Assembly: GCA_963800615.1 (NCBI GenBank)
Contig: CAWDBO010000021.1
Location: 214,423-278,422, forward strand
Source: an uncultured Chloroflexia bacterium
Lineage (GTDB): Bacteria; Chloroflexota; Anaerolineae; CG2-30-64-16
DNA length: 64,000 nt
Reading direction: 5' to 3'
The notes below the pieces were generated by a model, which saw only the letters and a program-made list of their open reading frames with translations, had not been told where the DNA came from and made no database searches. The translations under genes and the position numbers were made by a program. Positions 40,323-49,135 of the stretch are shown here, one piece after another; positions within the stretch are counted from its first letter, which is position 1, and each line of letters opens with the position of its first letter.

Positions 40323-41825
40323 ATGTTTCCCATGCGAAGGGCAGTCCAGGCCGCATGCCTGGTGACGCTGCTCGTCATCCTTGCCGGCTGTGCAGCCACG
40401 CCGCCGGCAGTCGCACCGGCGCCCGCGCCCACAACGGCCAAGGCAGCCGAAGCCACCGTTCCCGCTGCGACCACCGCTCCGGAGCCGGCAGCGAGCCCGG
40501 CCCTCGACGGCGGCTGGGACGGCAGTATCAACGTGGCAGGCCAGGTCATCGTCATCAAGCTGAACTTCAAGGGCCAGGGCGGGACCATCGACATTCCCGC
40601 GCAAGGTGCGCGCGACCTGCGCATGGAAAACTTTGCCGTGAAGGGTAACGAGGTCAGGTTCGAAATGATGCCGAAGCCCAGCACGGCCACGTTCACCGGC
40701 AAGGTCGATGGCGACAAAATGAGCGGCGCGTACGAGCAAGCCGGCTATAAGGGAACCTGGGAAGCGAGCCGCCAGGCGGCGGCTGCCGCTGCCGCACCCA
40801 CCGCGGCTGCCAAGGGCTACAAGGAGGAAGAGGTCACCTTCAAGAACGGCCAGTACACGCTGGCGGGCACACTGTCGCTGCCCGAGGGTCAGGGCCCACA
40901 TCCTGCGGTCGTGCTAATCAGCGGCAGCGGCGCGCAGAACCGCGACGAGGAGATCTTCGGCTTCAAGCCGTTCGCAATCCTCGCCGACGCACTGACGAGC
41001 AAGGGCATCGCGGTGCTGCGCTACGACGACCGCGGCATCGGCGGATCGACGACGGGCACGATGGATGACACGTCTGAGACCTATGCTGCAGACGTGAGCG
41101 CGGCCTACGATTATCTCAAGACGCGGCCCGAGATCAACCCGAAGAAGATCGGCCTGTTGGGACACAGCGAAGGCGGCATTATTGCCCCGATGGTTGCTGT
41201 CAACAAGGGCGACGTCGCGTTCCTCGTGCTGCTCGCCGGGCCGGGTGAGACGGGCAAGGACGTGATCATCGCGCAGGCGGCAGCCGTCGCGAAATCGAAC
41301 GGCGCGGACCAGGCTGCGGTCGACGAAACGAGAGCGAAACAAACCAAGGTGATCGACGCAGTGCTGACGGGCGAGGGACTCGACGAGGTTAAGGCCGAGC
41401 TCGTGGCGCAACTGAAGAGCGCGGCCGAGAAGCTGCCGCAGTCGCAGCGCGATGCGCTCGGCGATTTGGATGAGTGGGCCAAGAAGGGCGCGGAGGGACA
41501 ACTTGCGACGCTGCAGGGCGGCTGGTTCAAGTTCTTCTTGACGCATGATCCCGCGCCGGTCCTCCAGAAGGTGCATGCGCCGGTCCTGGCGCTCTTTGGA
41601 GGCAAGGACGTGCAGGTGTTGGCCGCGACGAACGAGCCGGCCGTCAAGGCGGCGTGCGAGAAGGGCGGCAACAAGGACTGCACGACCAAGGTCTTTCCGG
41701 ACGCCAACCACCTTTTCCAGGCTGCGCAGACGGGTAGCCCAAGTGAGTATACCCAGCTGAAGCCTGAATTCGGACCGGGCGTGCTGGATACCATCACGAA
41801 CTGGGTCGTGGAGCAGACGAAGTAA
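40323..41825 (+). CDS. Lipoprotein alpha/beta-hydrolase (serine hydrolase), intact
   Basis: AAGGAG lies 6 nt before ATG 40323. Lipobox LVILAGC; nucleophile elbow GHSEGG; PVLALFGGKD...DANH. The ORF has 500 uninterrupted codons inside ORF 39480..41825. Confidence 0.75.
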   Translation: MFPMRRAVQAACLVTLLVILAGCAATPPAVAPAPAPTTAKAAEATVPAATTAPEPAASPALDGGWDGSINVAGQVIVIKLNFKGQGGTIDIPAQGARDLRMENFAVKGNEVRFEMMPKPSTATFTGKVDGDKMSGAYEQAGYKGTWEASRQAAAAAAAPTAAAKGYKEEEVTFKNGQYTLAGTLSLPEGQGPHPAVVLISGSGAQNRDEEIFGFKPFAILADALTSKGIAVLRYDDRGIGGSTTGTMDDTSETYAADVSAAYDYLKTRPEINPKKIGLLGHSEGGIIAPMVAVNKGDVAFLVLLAGPGETGKDVIIAQAAAVAKSNGADQAAVDETRAKQTKVIDAVLTGEGLDEVKAELVAQLKSAAEKLPQSQRDALGDLDEWAKKGAEGQLATLQGGWFKFFLTHDPAPVLQKVHAPVLALFGGKDVQVLAATNEPAVKAACEKGGNKDCTTKVFPDANHLFQAAQTGSPSEYTQLKPEFGPGVLDTITNWVVEQTK

Positions 41826-41838
41826 CCTCACCCCCCGA

Positions 41839-41917
41839 CCCCCTCTCCTGTCTGCGGACAGGAGAGGGGGAGTCTCGTCCTTGGCCGCACTCCTGTCTGA
41901 GGACAGGAGAGGGGGAG
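41839..41917. repeat. Two direct copies (45-nt period) of a hairpin element CTCCTGTCTG(C/A)GGACAGGAGAGGGGGAG
   Basis: The first copy forms a perfect 14-bp stem, CCCCCTCTCCTGTC-TGCG-GACAGGAGAGGGGG (41839-41870). The second copy (41890-41917) differs at 1 of 28 nt. Confidence 0.9.
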
Positions 41918-42010
41918 CGGTGTCCTCAATCGCTCTCCAGTCCTCCGCGGAGAGGAAAGGAGGCGAGGTCCACCTCGTCGGAGTATGATGTCCCCACTAA
42001 TTGATACAAG

Positions 42011-43425
42011 ATGGAGGCGCACGGGATGGCTTCATTCCCTTTGGTTCCCCCGCGTTTTTTCCCGCCGCTCGAGCTGGAGTTTCGGCCGGCTGCGCTGGCA
42101 AACCGGGCCTTTCGGGGAGCCGTGATGGCTTCTGGACAGGGCGTCGCGCTGGTGGTCGGGCTGGAGCGGAGCGACGGCTCGCGCTCGCGCTTCGAGACGG
42201 TGGTTTTCCCGGAGGAGCATCCGCAGGCCGAGGCTAACCTCTTCTATGCCGAGCGGTTGGTGAAGTTTCTGTTGTGGGCGCGCGGCGGGTGGAGGGTGAC
42301 CTTGGGCGGAGCGCCCGGCATCGCCGAGCATATCCGCCGCTTGTACGCGCCGGGCGGGCGCGCGCGCGTTCGACTATCACTTCATGGGCGAGCAGATCTA
42401 CGAGCGCCCTTTTGAGGTGGTCGGGTGCCGGGCGGAGGATGTGCCCGCGGCTTCGGAGGCCGGCCAGCCCTTGGGCGGCCACTTGGACGGCGCGCGGATC
42501 GGCTTCGACCTGGGCGCGTCCGACCTGAAGGTGTCGGCGGTGCTGGACGGCGAGGCGATTTTCAGCGAGGAGATTGTGTGGGAGCCTGGCGGGCAGGTTG
42601 ACCCGGCATACCACTACGAGCAGGTCGTGGCCGCGTTGAAGCTCGCCGCGTCGAAGCTGCCGCGGGTGGATGCGATCGGCGGTTCTTCCGCCGGCATCTT
42701 CGTCGACGGCCGGCCCATGGTAGCGTCGCTCTTCCGCAGCATTCCTCCCGAGCGCTTCGGCGAAATCCGCTCCATGTTCGCACGCATTCGCGACGAGTTC
42801 GGCGTGCCCCTCGTGGTAGTCAACGACGGCGACGTGACCGCGCTCGCGCGGCGCGCTGTCGCTGGGCGACAACGGCGTGCTCGGGATCGCGATGGGTTCC
42901 AGCGAGGCGGGCGGCTACGTGAACGGCGAGGGCGCGATCACCGGCTGGCTGAACGAGCTGGCGTTTGCGCCCGTGGATTACCGGCCCGACGGCCCCGTGG
43001 ACGAGTGGTCGGGCGACGTCGGCGTCGGCTCGCAGTACTTCTCGCAGCAGTGCGTGTTCCGCCTGGCCCCGCTTGCCGGGATCGAAATCCCCGGCGGGTT
43101 GACCAACGCGGACAAGCTGAAGCTCGTCCAGGGCCATCTCGAGTCGGGCCACGACGGCGCGCGGCAGATTTGGGAGAGCATCGGGGTCTACCTGGGGTAC
43201 GGGGTCGCGCACTACGCCGAGTTCTATCCCGACTTGCGCCATGTGCTGATCCTCGGCCGCGTGACCTCAGGTCAAGGTGGGGAGATCATCCTGAGAGAAG
43301 CGGGCCGTGTGCTCGAGGGTGAGTTCCCGGAGCTCGCCCAGCGGATCAGCATCACGCTGCCGGACGAGAAGTTCCGGAGGTTGGGGCAATCGGTGGTGGC
43401 TGCGAGCCTGCCGACATTTCGTTGA
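42011..43425 (+). CDS. ASKHA-fold sugar kinase, ROK-like, with N-terminal extension; frame breaks ~42370 and ~42860
   Basis: IGFDLGASDLKV, VVVNDGDVTAL, LGIAMGSSEAGGYVNGEGAITGWLNELAF and VLILGRVTSG come from ORFs 42011.., 42384.. and 42877... Confidence 0.55.
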
Positions 43426-43506
43426 ACCCTTCAGCCCCGTCCGCCTCGACGATCGCGATCGGATCAGCGATGTCGATCGGACTAGGTGACTCGTTGATTT
43501 TCAAGT

Positions 43507-43535
43507 TTGACAATGGCGTCACGATGTCTTAAACT
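43507..43535 (+). promoter_or_regulatory. Sigma-70-like promoter TTGACA - 17 nt - TAAACT upstream of the M6 peptidase gene
   Basis: TTGACA at 43507-43512 and TAAACT at 43530-43535, within a 250-nt lower-GC intergenic region. This implies a ~135-nt leader before GTG 43677. Confidence 0.45.
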
Positions 43536-43676
43536 CGACTTCGCCGCTATGTGTTCTGACTTCCCCAACAGAAACGGAGGTGAGTTACAGACATCATTTT
43601 TCACGCCTCACAGTCCATCTGGTCGCAGCCAGCCATCCTGGCTAACCTTTAAACCCACACTCACACTGGAGGAACC

Positions 43677-46119
43677 GTGAACAGAAGATTCTGGGTACTT
43701 GTGGCTGTTGTCGCGCTCCTGGCCGGCCTACTAGGTGCGGCCGTCCCGGCCTCGGCACAGACGCCGTCCGGTGCATCTCAGATGCCCGCTAACCCCGAGA
43801 AGATCGAGCAGTTGCTCATCCGCCAGGGGCTCCTTTCAGTAAATGCGACCCCGGAGCAGAAAGATGCGGCTGTCCTGGCGTATCTGCAGCTCAAGAACAA
43901 GGGCGGCGGGCCCGATCGCAACTACAACCCGCTGGCTCGCAAGGCCGTAGATCACAATGAGGAAGTCTTGAACCAACTTGCAGCCAGCGACATCCGCGGG
44001 CGCAAGCTGGGCAACCGCGTCGAGGTGCCGTCTTCTACTCCCGCGTTTAAGCCACTCGTGGGACGAAGGCAAACTCCTGCTCATTGCCGTCGACTTCAGC
44101 GAACAGCCTTACACTTGGACTCCGAAGGAGCAGGATCCTCGCACGACCTCCGGTCCTCTGTACAACCAGATACCTAAGCCGAACAACAGCTTCGACCTAT
44201 GGGTCCCTGACTTCAACATCCAGCACTACGAGGATATGCTGTTCACGCCCGGTGGCTGGACGATTCCCGACGGCACCCCATACTACGCCGGCGAACACCG
44301 CGGCAGCATGCGCGATTACTTCTTGGCGCAATCGCTCGGTCAGTACACGGTCGCCGGAAAGGCGTACGGCTGGTTCACTGTCGACAAGCCGGAAGCCTTC
44401 TACGGCGACGACAACCCGACGGGTGGACACGACAACCTCGCACCTGGCAATACGGCAACCTTGATTAAAGATGCAGTCGACGTAATCAACAACGAGGGTG
44501 CCATTCCGTGGGAAGAATATGACACCAATGGCGACTGTGTCATCGATCATCCCCTATTCATCCACGCTGGTATTGACCAGTCGGGTGGAGGCGGGGCGCA
44601 AGGCAATGACGCGATCTGGGCGCACAGTTCGTCTGTCGAGCAGCAAGTCGCTGAACCAACTGCATCCTGCCCAGCCGGGATCTTTATCTACAACTACACG
44701 ATCATGCCCGAGGATGGCGGCGTTGGCGTGTTCGCTCATGAATTTGCTCATGATCTCGGCCTGCCCGACGAGTACGACACCGCCTACAGCGGCCGTGGTG
44801 ATTCCATAGCTTACTGGACGCTGCAGTCGAGCGGCTCCTGGATTGGCCGGCCCGCACAGACCCAGCCGTCCAGTATGAGCGTCTGGGCGCGCACGACCGT
44901 CGGCTGGCTAGCTTACAACGACACGGTGGCGCTGACTACGCTCGGCGCATTGGGCAAAGATCCCGTTGGAGTACGGCTGGAGCAATCGGAGCGCTGGGGT
45001 GGCGATGGCACGTTTGTTGGCGCGAGGATCAGTCTCCCACAGAAGCCTTTCTACGTGAACACCCCCCACAGCGGAAGCTACGAATGGTTCGGTGGCAAGG
45101 GTGATGAGATCGACAACACACTGGTTCGCTCGGTGGATCTCACCGGCAAGACCAGCGCCACACTTAACTTCTGGACTTGGTACGATATCGAGGAACAGTG
45201 GGACTATGGGTTTGTTCAGGTCTCGACAGACGGCGGCGTGACCTGGACCTCGCTGCCGATCGACGGCACAACGTCTGATGTTGTCGACGAAGGCTATCCG
45301 GCGATCAAGGACAACATGCCTGGCTTCACCGGCAACAGCGGCGGCTGGTTGGCAAAGACCTACGACTTGAAGGACTACGTCGGCAAGCCTATGATGCTTC
45401 AGTTCCGCTACATGACAGACTGGGGCACAAGCATGGCCGGGTTCTACGTCGACGATATCGGCGTCACGGCCGATGGCGCCTCCCTGTTCTTCGACGACGT
45501 CGAGACCGCGGACTCCGCCTGGACAGCAGACGGGTGGACCCGGGTCACCGGCAGCGACCTGAAAAACCACTACTACATGATGGAGTGGCGGAACCTCAAC
45601 AAGCTCGAGACACCGTACGATGGCTCCACTGTCGTCAACTTCGACAACGGACTGACTGAAGCCTACTCGTTCGACCCATATGCGAGCAATCCGGACGAGC
45701 CGTGGTACTTCAGCTACAATCCGGGCCTCTTGCTATGGTATCGCGACACCAGCTACACAGACAACTGGACGGGCACGCACCCAGGCGCCGGCTTCCTGCT
45801 CGTGGTCGATTCTCACTCGACCGCGATGCTCCGCCCGCCCTATCTCAACTATGGCAGCCTGCCCTGGACCAGCCGCGTTCAGACCTATGACTCGACCTTC
45901 AACATAGTCAAGACGTACGACGCCGTACTATCGTACTGGGGCAAGGAACGCAAGTACGCAGGTGCTGCCGGTGTTCCGAACTTCGATGATGGTCTATCGT
46001 ACTGGAGCCCGAAGGCGCCAGCCAACAGCGTGATCGTGCCGAAGTATGGTATCGTCTTCCGCGTCGCCGGCAGCGCGGCCGACGGTTCGGCCGCCGTGAT
46101 CGGGATCGGCAAGAAGTAA
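43677..46119 (+). CDS. Secreted immune-inhibitor-A-like metallopeptidase (family M6); one frame break ~44060
   Basis: GGAGG before GTG 43677; signal peptide MNRRFWVLVAVVALLAGLLGAAVPASA; zinc motif HEFAHDLGLPDEYD; MRDYFLAQSLGQY; FWTWYDIEEQWDYGFVQVSTDGG. Confidence 0.85.
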
Positions 46120-46150
46120 ATAGCCTCTGATCGCTGCGGTCTGAGTGCGA

Positions 46151-46185
46151 GACTCCCGAGGTTCTCGAGACCTCGGGAGTCTTTT
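46151..46185 (+). terminator. Rho-independent terminator after the M6 peptidase gene
   Basis: GACTCCCGAGGT...ACCTCGGGAGTC stem followed by TTTT, 32 nt after the stop and between convergent genes. Confidence 0.75.
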
Positions 46186-46251
46186 GTCACAACCCCAACT
46201 CTCTTGATGGGAGCTGCTCTTCCGTCCTCTGCGGACTTTGGAAGACAACTT

Positions 46252-47154
46252 CTACTTCTCCGGCTGCTTCGCCTTATCCTCGTTGATCAGCTTCTCCGCG
46301 GCCAGCATCGCCTGCCGCGCCTTGTCGTCGACCACCGGGTACTTCGGGTCCATCTCGATCAGCTTCTGGCCGATGATGCCGGCGACCGCCAGGCGGGTAA
46401 ACCACTTCTTGTCGGCGGGCACGATATGCCAGGGCGCCCATTCCGTGCTCGTGTGGTCGAACACGTCCTCGAACGCCTCCATGTATTGGTCCCAGTACGC
46501 GCGCTCCTCGATATCGGCCGCGCTGAACTTCCAGTTCTTCTCCGGCGTGTCAATCCGCTCGAGCTGGCGCTCGCACTGTTCTTCCTTCGACACGTTCAGG
46601 AAGATCTTCACGATTTCCGTGCCCTGGTGTACGAGGTACTTCTCGAAGTTGTTGATCTCCTCGAAGCGCTGCTTCCACAGCCCCGCGCCCAGCGTGGCCG
46701 GCGGGAGGCGCTGCGGCACGAGGAAGGCAGGATGCACGCGCACCGCCAGCACTTCCTCATAGTGTGAGCGGTTGTGGATGCCGATTCGACCCCGCTCGGG
46801 CAGCGCTTTGACGATGCGCCAGAGGTAGTCGTGGTCGAGTTCCTCGGCGTTGGGCGCCTTGAAACTGAACACCTGGCAGCCCGTCGGATTCACGCCGCTC
46901 ATCACGTGCGCGATCGCGCTGTCTTTTCCCGCCGCGTCGAGGGCCTGAACGATGATCAGCAGGGCACGGCTGTTCTCGGCATAGAGCTTTTCCTGGTAGT
47001 CGGCCAGAACCTGGATGCCTTGCGCCAGCAGCTCATCCTCGTCAATCGATTTCTTCTCCAACCCCCCGGTGGAGCCGGGGTCGAAATCCTTCGCCAGCCG
47101 CACTTTGCGACCCGGCTCGACACGGAACTGCTTGACGAACTTGCTTAAATCCAT
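46252..47154 (-). CDS. ppk2: Polyphosphate kinase 2 family protein, intact
   Basis: LIIVQALDAAGKDSAI (Walker A-like), DHDYLWR, IHNRSHYEEV and WAPWHIVPADKKW. Confidence 0.85.
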   Translation of the reverse strand: MDLSKFVKQFRVEPGRKVRLAKDFDPGSTGGLEKKSIDEDELLAQGIQVLADYQEKLYAENSRALLIIVQALDAAGKDSAIAHVMSGVNPTGCQVFSFKAPNAEELDHDYLWRIVKALPERGRIGIHNRSHYEEVLAVRVHPAFLVPQRLPPATLGAGLWKQRFEEINNFEKYLVHQGTEIVKIFLNVSKEEQCERQLERIDTPEKNWKFSAADIEERAYWDQYMEAFEDVFDHTSTEWAPWHIVPADKKWFTRLAVAGIIGQKLIEMDPKYPVVDDKARQAMLAAEKLINEDKAKQPEK

Positions 47155-47164
47155 AAAGCGCCTC

Positions 47165-48001
47165 TTACTGCACGTCGAAGTACGGCGAGAGCACGTTCAG
47201 CGCCGTCTCGCGCGCCTTGACCGCCAGCTCGCACGGGTCCCAGGCCCAATACTCGGGCCGGAACAGCTCGACCGAGCAGACGCCGTCGTAGCCGTTGGCC
47301 TTCATGTGCTGGCAGATTTCGGCAAGGGGCACGATGCCGAGGCCGGGCAGCAGCCGGGTGGCGTCGGTGATCGCTTCCTTGGGCGTGTCCTCGAGGTCGT
47401 CGAGGTGGAACGCGAAGATTTTCTGCGGATCCAGCACGTCCAGCTCGCTCAGCAGCCCGCCGCCGCCGTAGAAGTGGGCGCAGTCGACCGTCATGCCCAC
47501 GTTCGCCCGGTCGGTCTTCTGCACGATCTCGTATGCCGCCCGCGGCGTCCGCACCGTACACCAGCCGAAGCCGAGGGATTCGAAGGACAGGTTCACGCCG
47601 TACGGCGCGGCGATGTCGGCCAGCTCCCGCAGCACCTTGACGTACTCGGCCACGACGTCTTCCCAGGGCAGGTTGCGGTCGGGCGTCGGGCTGGGCACGA
47701 CGACGATGCACGGGTTGCCGATCTCCTTGGAGATCTCACACAGCTCCACCAGCCGGGCCTTGATCTTGGCGTAATCTTCCGGCGTGCGGAACGCGATGAA
47801 TTCGATCGAGTTGATGCTCATGGGCGCGACGCCGTTATCGTCGAGCAGCGCCTTCAGCTCCGCGACCGAGTGGCTGGGCAGGTACTTGTCGAGCTTGTAG
47901 GCCCCGAGTTCGAGCGCCTTGAACCCCGCGGCCTTGGTCGCCGCAACGTCGGTCTCGAGGTCGCTGGTCATTGTGGTTGCACTGTGGAATCCTAGTTTCA
48001 T
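47165..48001 (-). CDS. Xylose-isomerase-like TIM-barrel protein (sugar phosphate isomerase/epimerase; IolI-like), intact
   Basis: [10 protein letters not shown]..., [28 protein letters not shown] and CSVELF, in an inositol gene neighbourhood. GAGGG precedes ATG 48001. Confidence 0.65.
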   Translation of the reverse strand: MKLGFHSATTMTSDLETDVAATKAAGFKALELGAYKLDKYLPSHSVAELKALLDDNGVAPMSINSIEFIAFRTPEDYAKIKARLVELCEISKEIGNPCIVVVPSPTPDRNLPWEDVVAEYVKVLRELADIAAPYGVNLSFESLGFGWCTVRTPRAAYEIVQKTDRANVGMTVDCAHFYGGGGLLSELDVLDPQKIFAFHLDDLEDTPKEAITDATRLLPGLGIVPLAEICQHMKANGYDGVCSVELFRPEYWAWDPCELAVKARETALNVLSPYFDVQ

Positions 48002-48023
48002 GACACCCTCGTTAGCGGTTTGT

Positions 48024-49043
48024 TTAGTAGAGGCTCGGGCGAGCCGGCGCCTCAACCGCAACCGGCTTTCCGCTTCTCAGCGATCTGACGCACGCGTCCG
48101 TTACGAGCAACGTCAGGTAGCCGTCCCATGCGCTGGCCCCCGCGAACGTCGCGCCTGACCGCACGGACTGAATCCACTCGCGCAGCTCGATGATGTACGC
48201 GTCCTGGAATCGTTCGAGCCAGTCGCCCGGGAGACCCACGCCTGCGGCAGCGCCAGACCGGACGAGCGCGCGATCAGGACGTCCCGACGTGGCGACCCCG
48301 CGTTCGCCGACGATCTCGGCCGTCACTTCGTATCCATACTCCGCGGCAGCGAATACCTCAACCGTTGCCAGGCAATCGCCGCTGAGCGACATCTGGAGCA
48401 GGAGCAGGTCGGTCGTCTCAGGACCAAAGGTGGCGTGCGAGCGTACACCGCTCACGTAGACCGTCTCGATTTCCTGGCCCAACAGCCACCGCACCGCGTC
48501 GATATCGTGACCGGCCGAGTTTGTGAGGATGACCTCGCCGCGGGAATCGTACGGAATGGCCACGTTGCGGTGTACGCCCTTGTACAGTACCGGCCGCCCC
48601 AACTTCCCAGCCGCCACGATCTCTCGCACCCCGGCGTGATACGGATCGAACCGCCGCATCAGGCCGACCGATACCAGTCGCCTGCCTGCAGCACATTCCG
48701 CTCCGACCGCCCGAGCGGCATCTTGTGCGCTCGTTGCCAGCGGCTTTTCGCACAGCACCGGTTTTCCGGCCTGAAGACATGCAAGGGTGAAGTCGAGATG
48801 GGTTGCGTCGGGCGACGCAATGATCACCGCATCAATGCCGGGGTCTTGAATCACGCGGAACGGGTCTTCGAAGACGGCGGACGAACCACACCGGGCTGCA
48901 GCCTGCCTGGCGCGCCCCGCATCGAGGTCATAGACAGCCGCCACCCGCGCGCCGGGGACTTGCTCTTGGAGGTTGCTCGCATGTCGGCTGCCCATCCCAC
49001 CAGCCCCGATCAGGCCAACGGAGATCTCCTTACGGTTGAGCAT
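48024..49043 (-). CDS. Gfo/Idh/MocA family oxidoreductase (inositol dehydrogenase-like), intact
   Basis: Rossmann motif [14 protein letters not shown], and the characteristic CEKPLATS. Confidence 0.75.
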   Translation of the reverse strand: MLNRKEISVGLIGAGGMGSRHASNLQEQVPGARVAAVYDLDAGRARQAAARCGSSAVFEDPFRVIQDPGIDAVIIASPDATHLDFTLACLQAGKPVLCEKPLATSAQDAARAVGAECAAGRRLVSVGLMRRFDPYHAGVREIVAAGKLGRPVLYKGVHRNVAIPYDSRGEVILTNSAGHDIDAVRWLLGQEIETVYVSGVRSHATFGPETTDLLLLQMSLSGDCLATVEVFAAAEYGYEVTAEIVGERGVATSGRPDRALVRSGAAAGVGLPGDWLERFQDAYIIELREWIQSVRSGATFAGASAWDGYLTLLVTDACVRSLRSGKPVAVEAPARPSLY

Positions 49044-49062
49044 CGGAACTCCGAAAAGTGGC

Positions 49063-49120
49063 GGGGATGAAGGGCGGCGGGGACGGACTCCCGTTCCCAT
49101 CCCCGCATCCCCCCATCCCC
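49063..49120. repeat. Imperfect GGGGATG-type inverted repeat
   Basis: GGGGATGAAGGGCGGCGGGGACGG / CCGTTCCCATCCCCGCATCCCCCCATCCCC, lying between the binding-protein stop and the dehydrogenase start. Confidence 0.75.
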
Positions 49121-49135
49121 TGCAGAGATGGTCGC

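Noticed and set aside
41828-42022. 64-aa minus-strand ORF with an internal peptide repeat (PLSCPQTG... twice)
   Set aside because: The repeat is the translation of the two hairpin elements at 41839-41917. There is no SD and the ORF lies in a spacer between two plus-strand genes.
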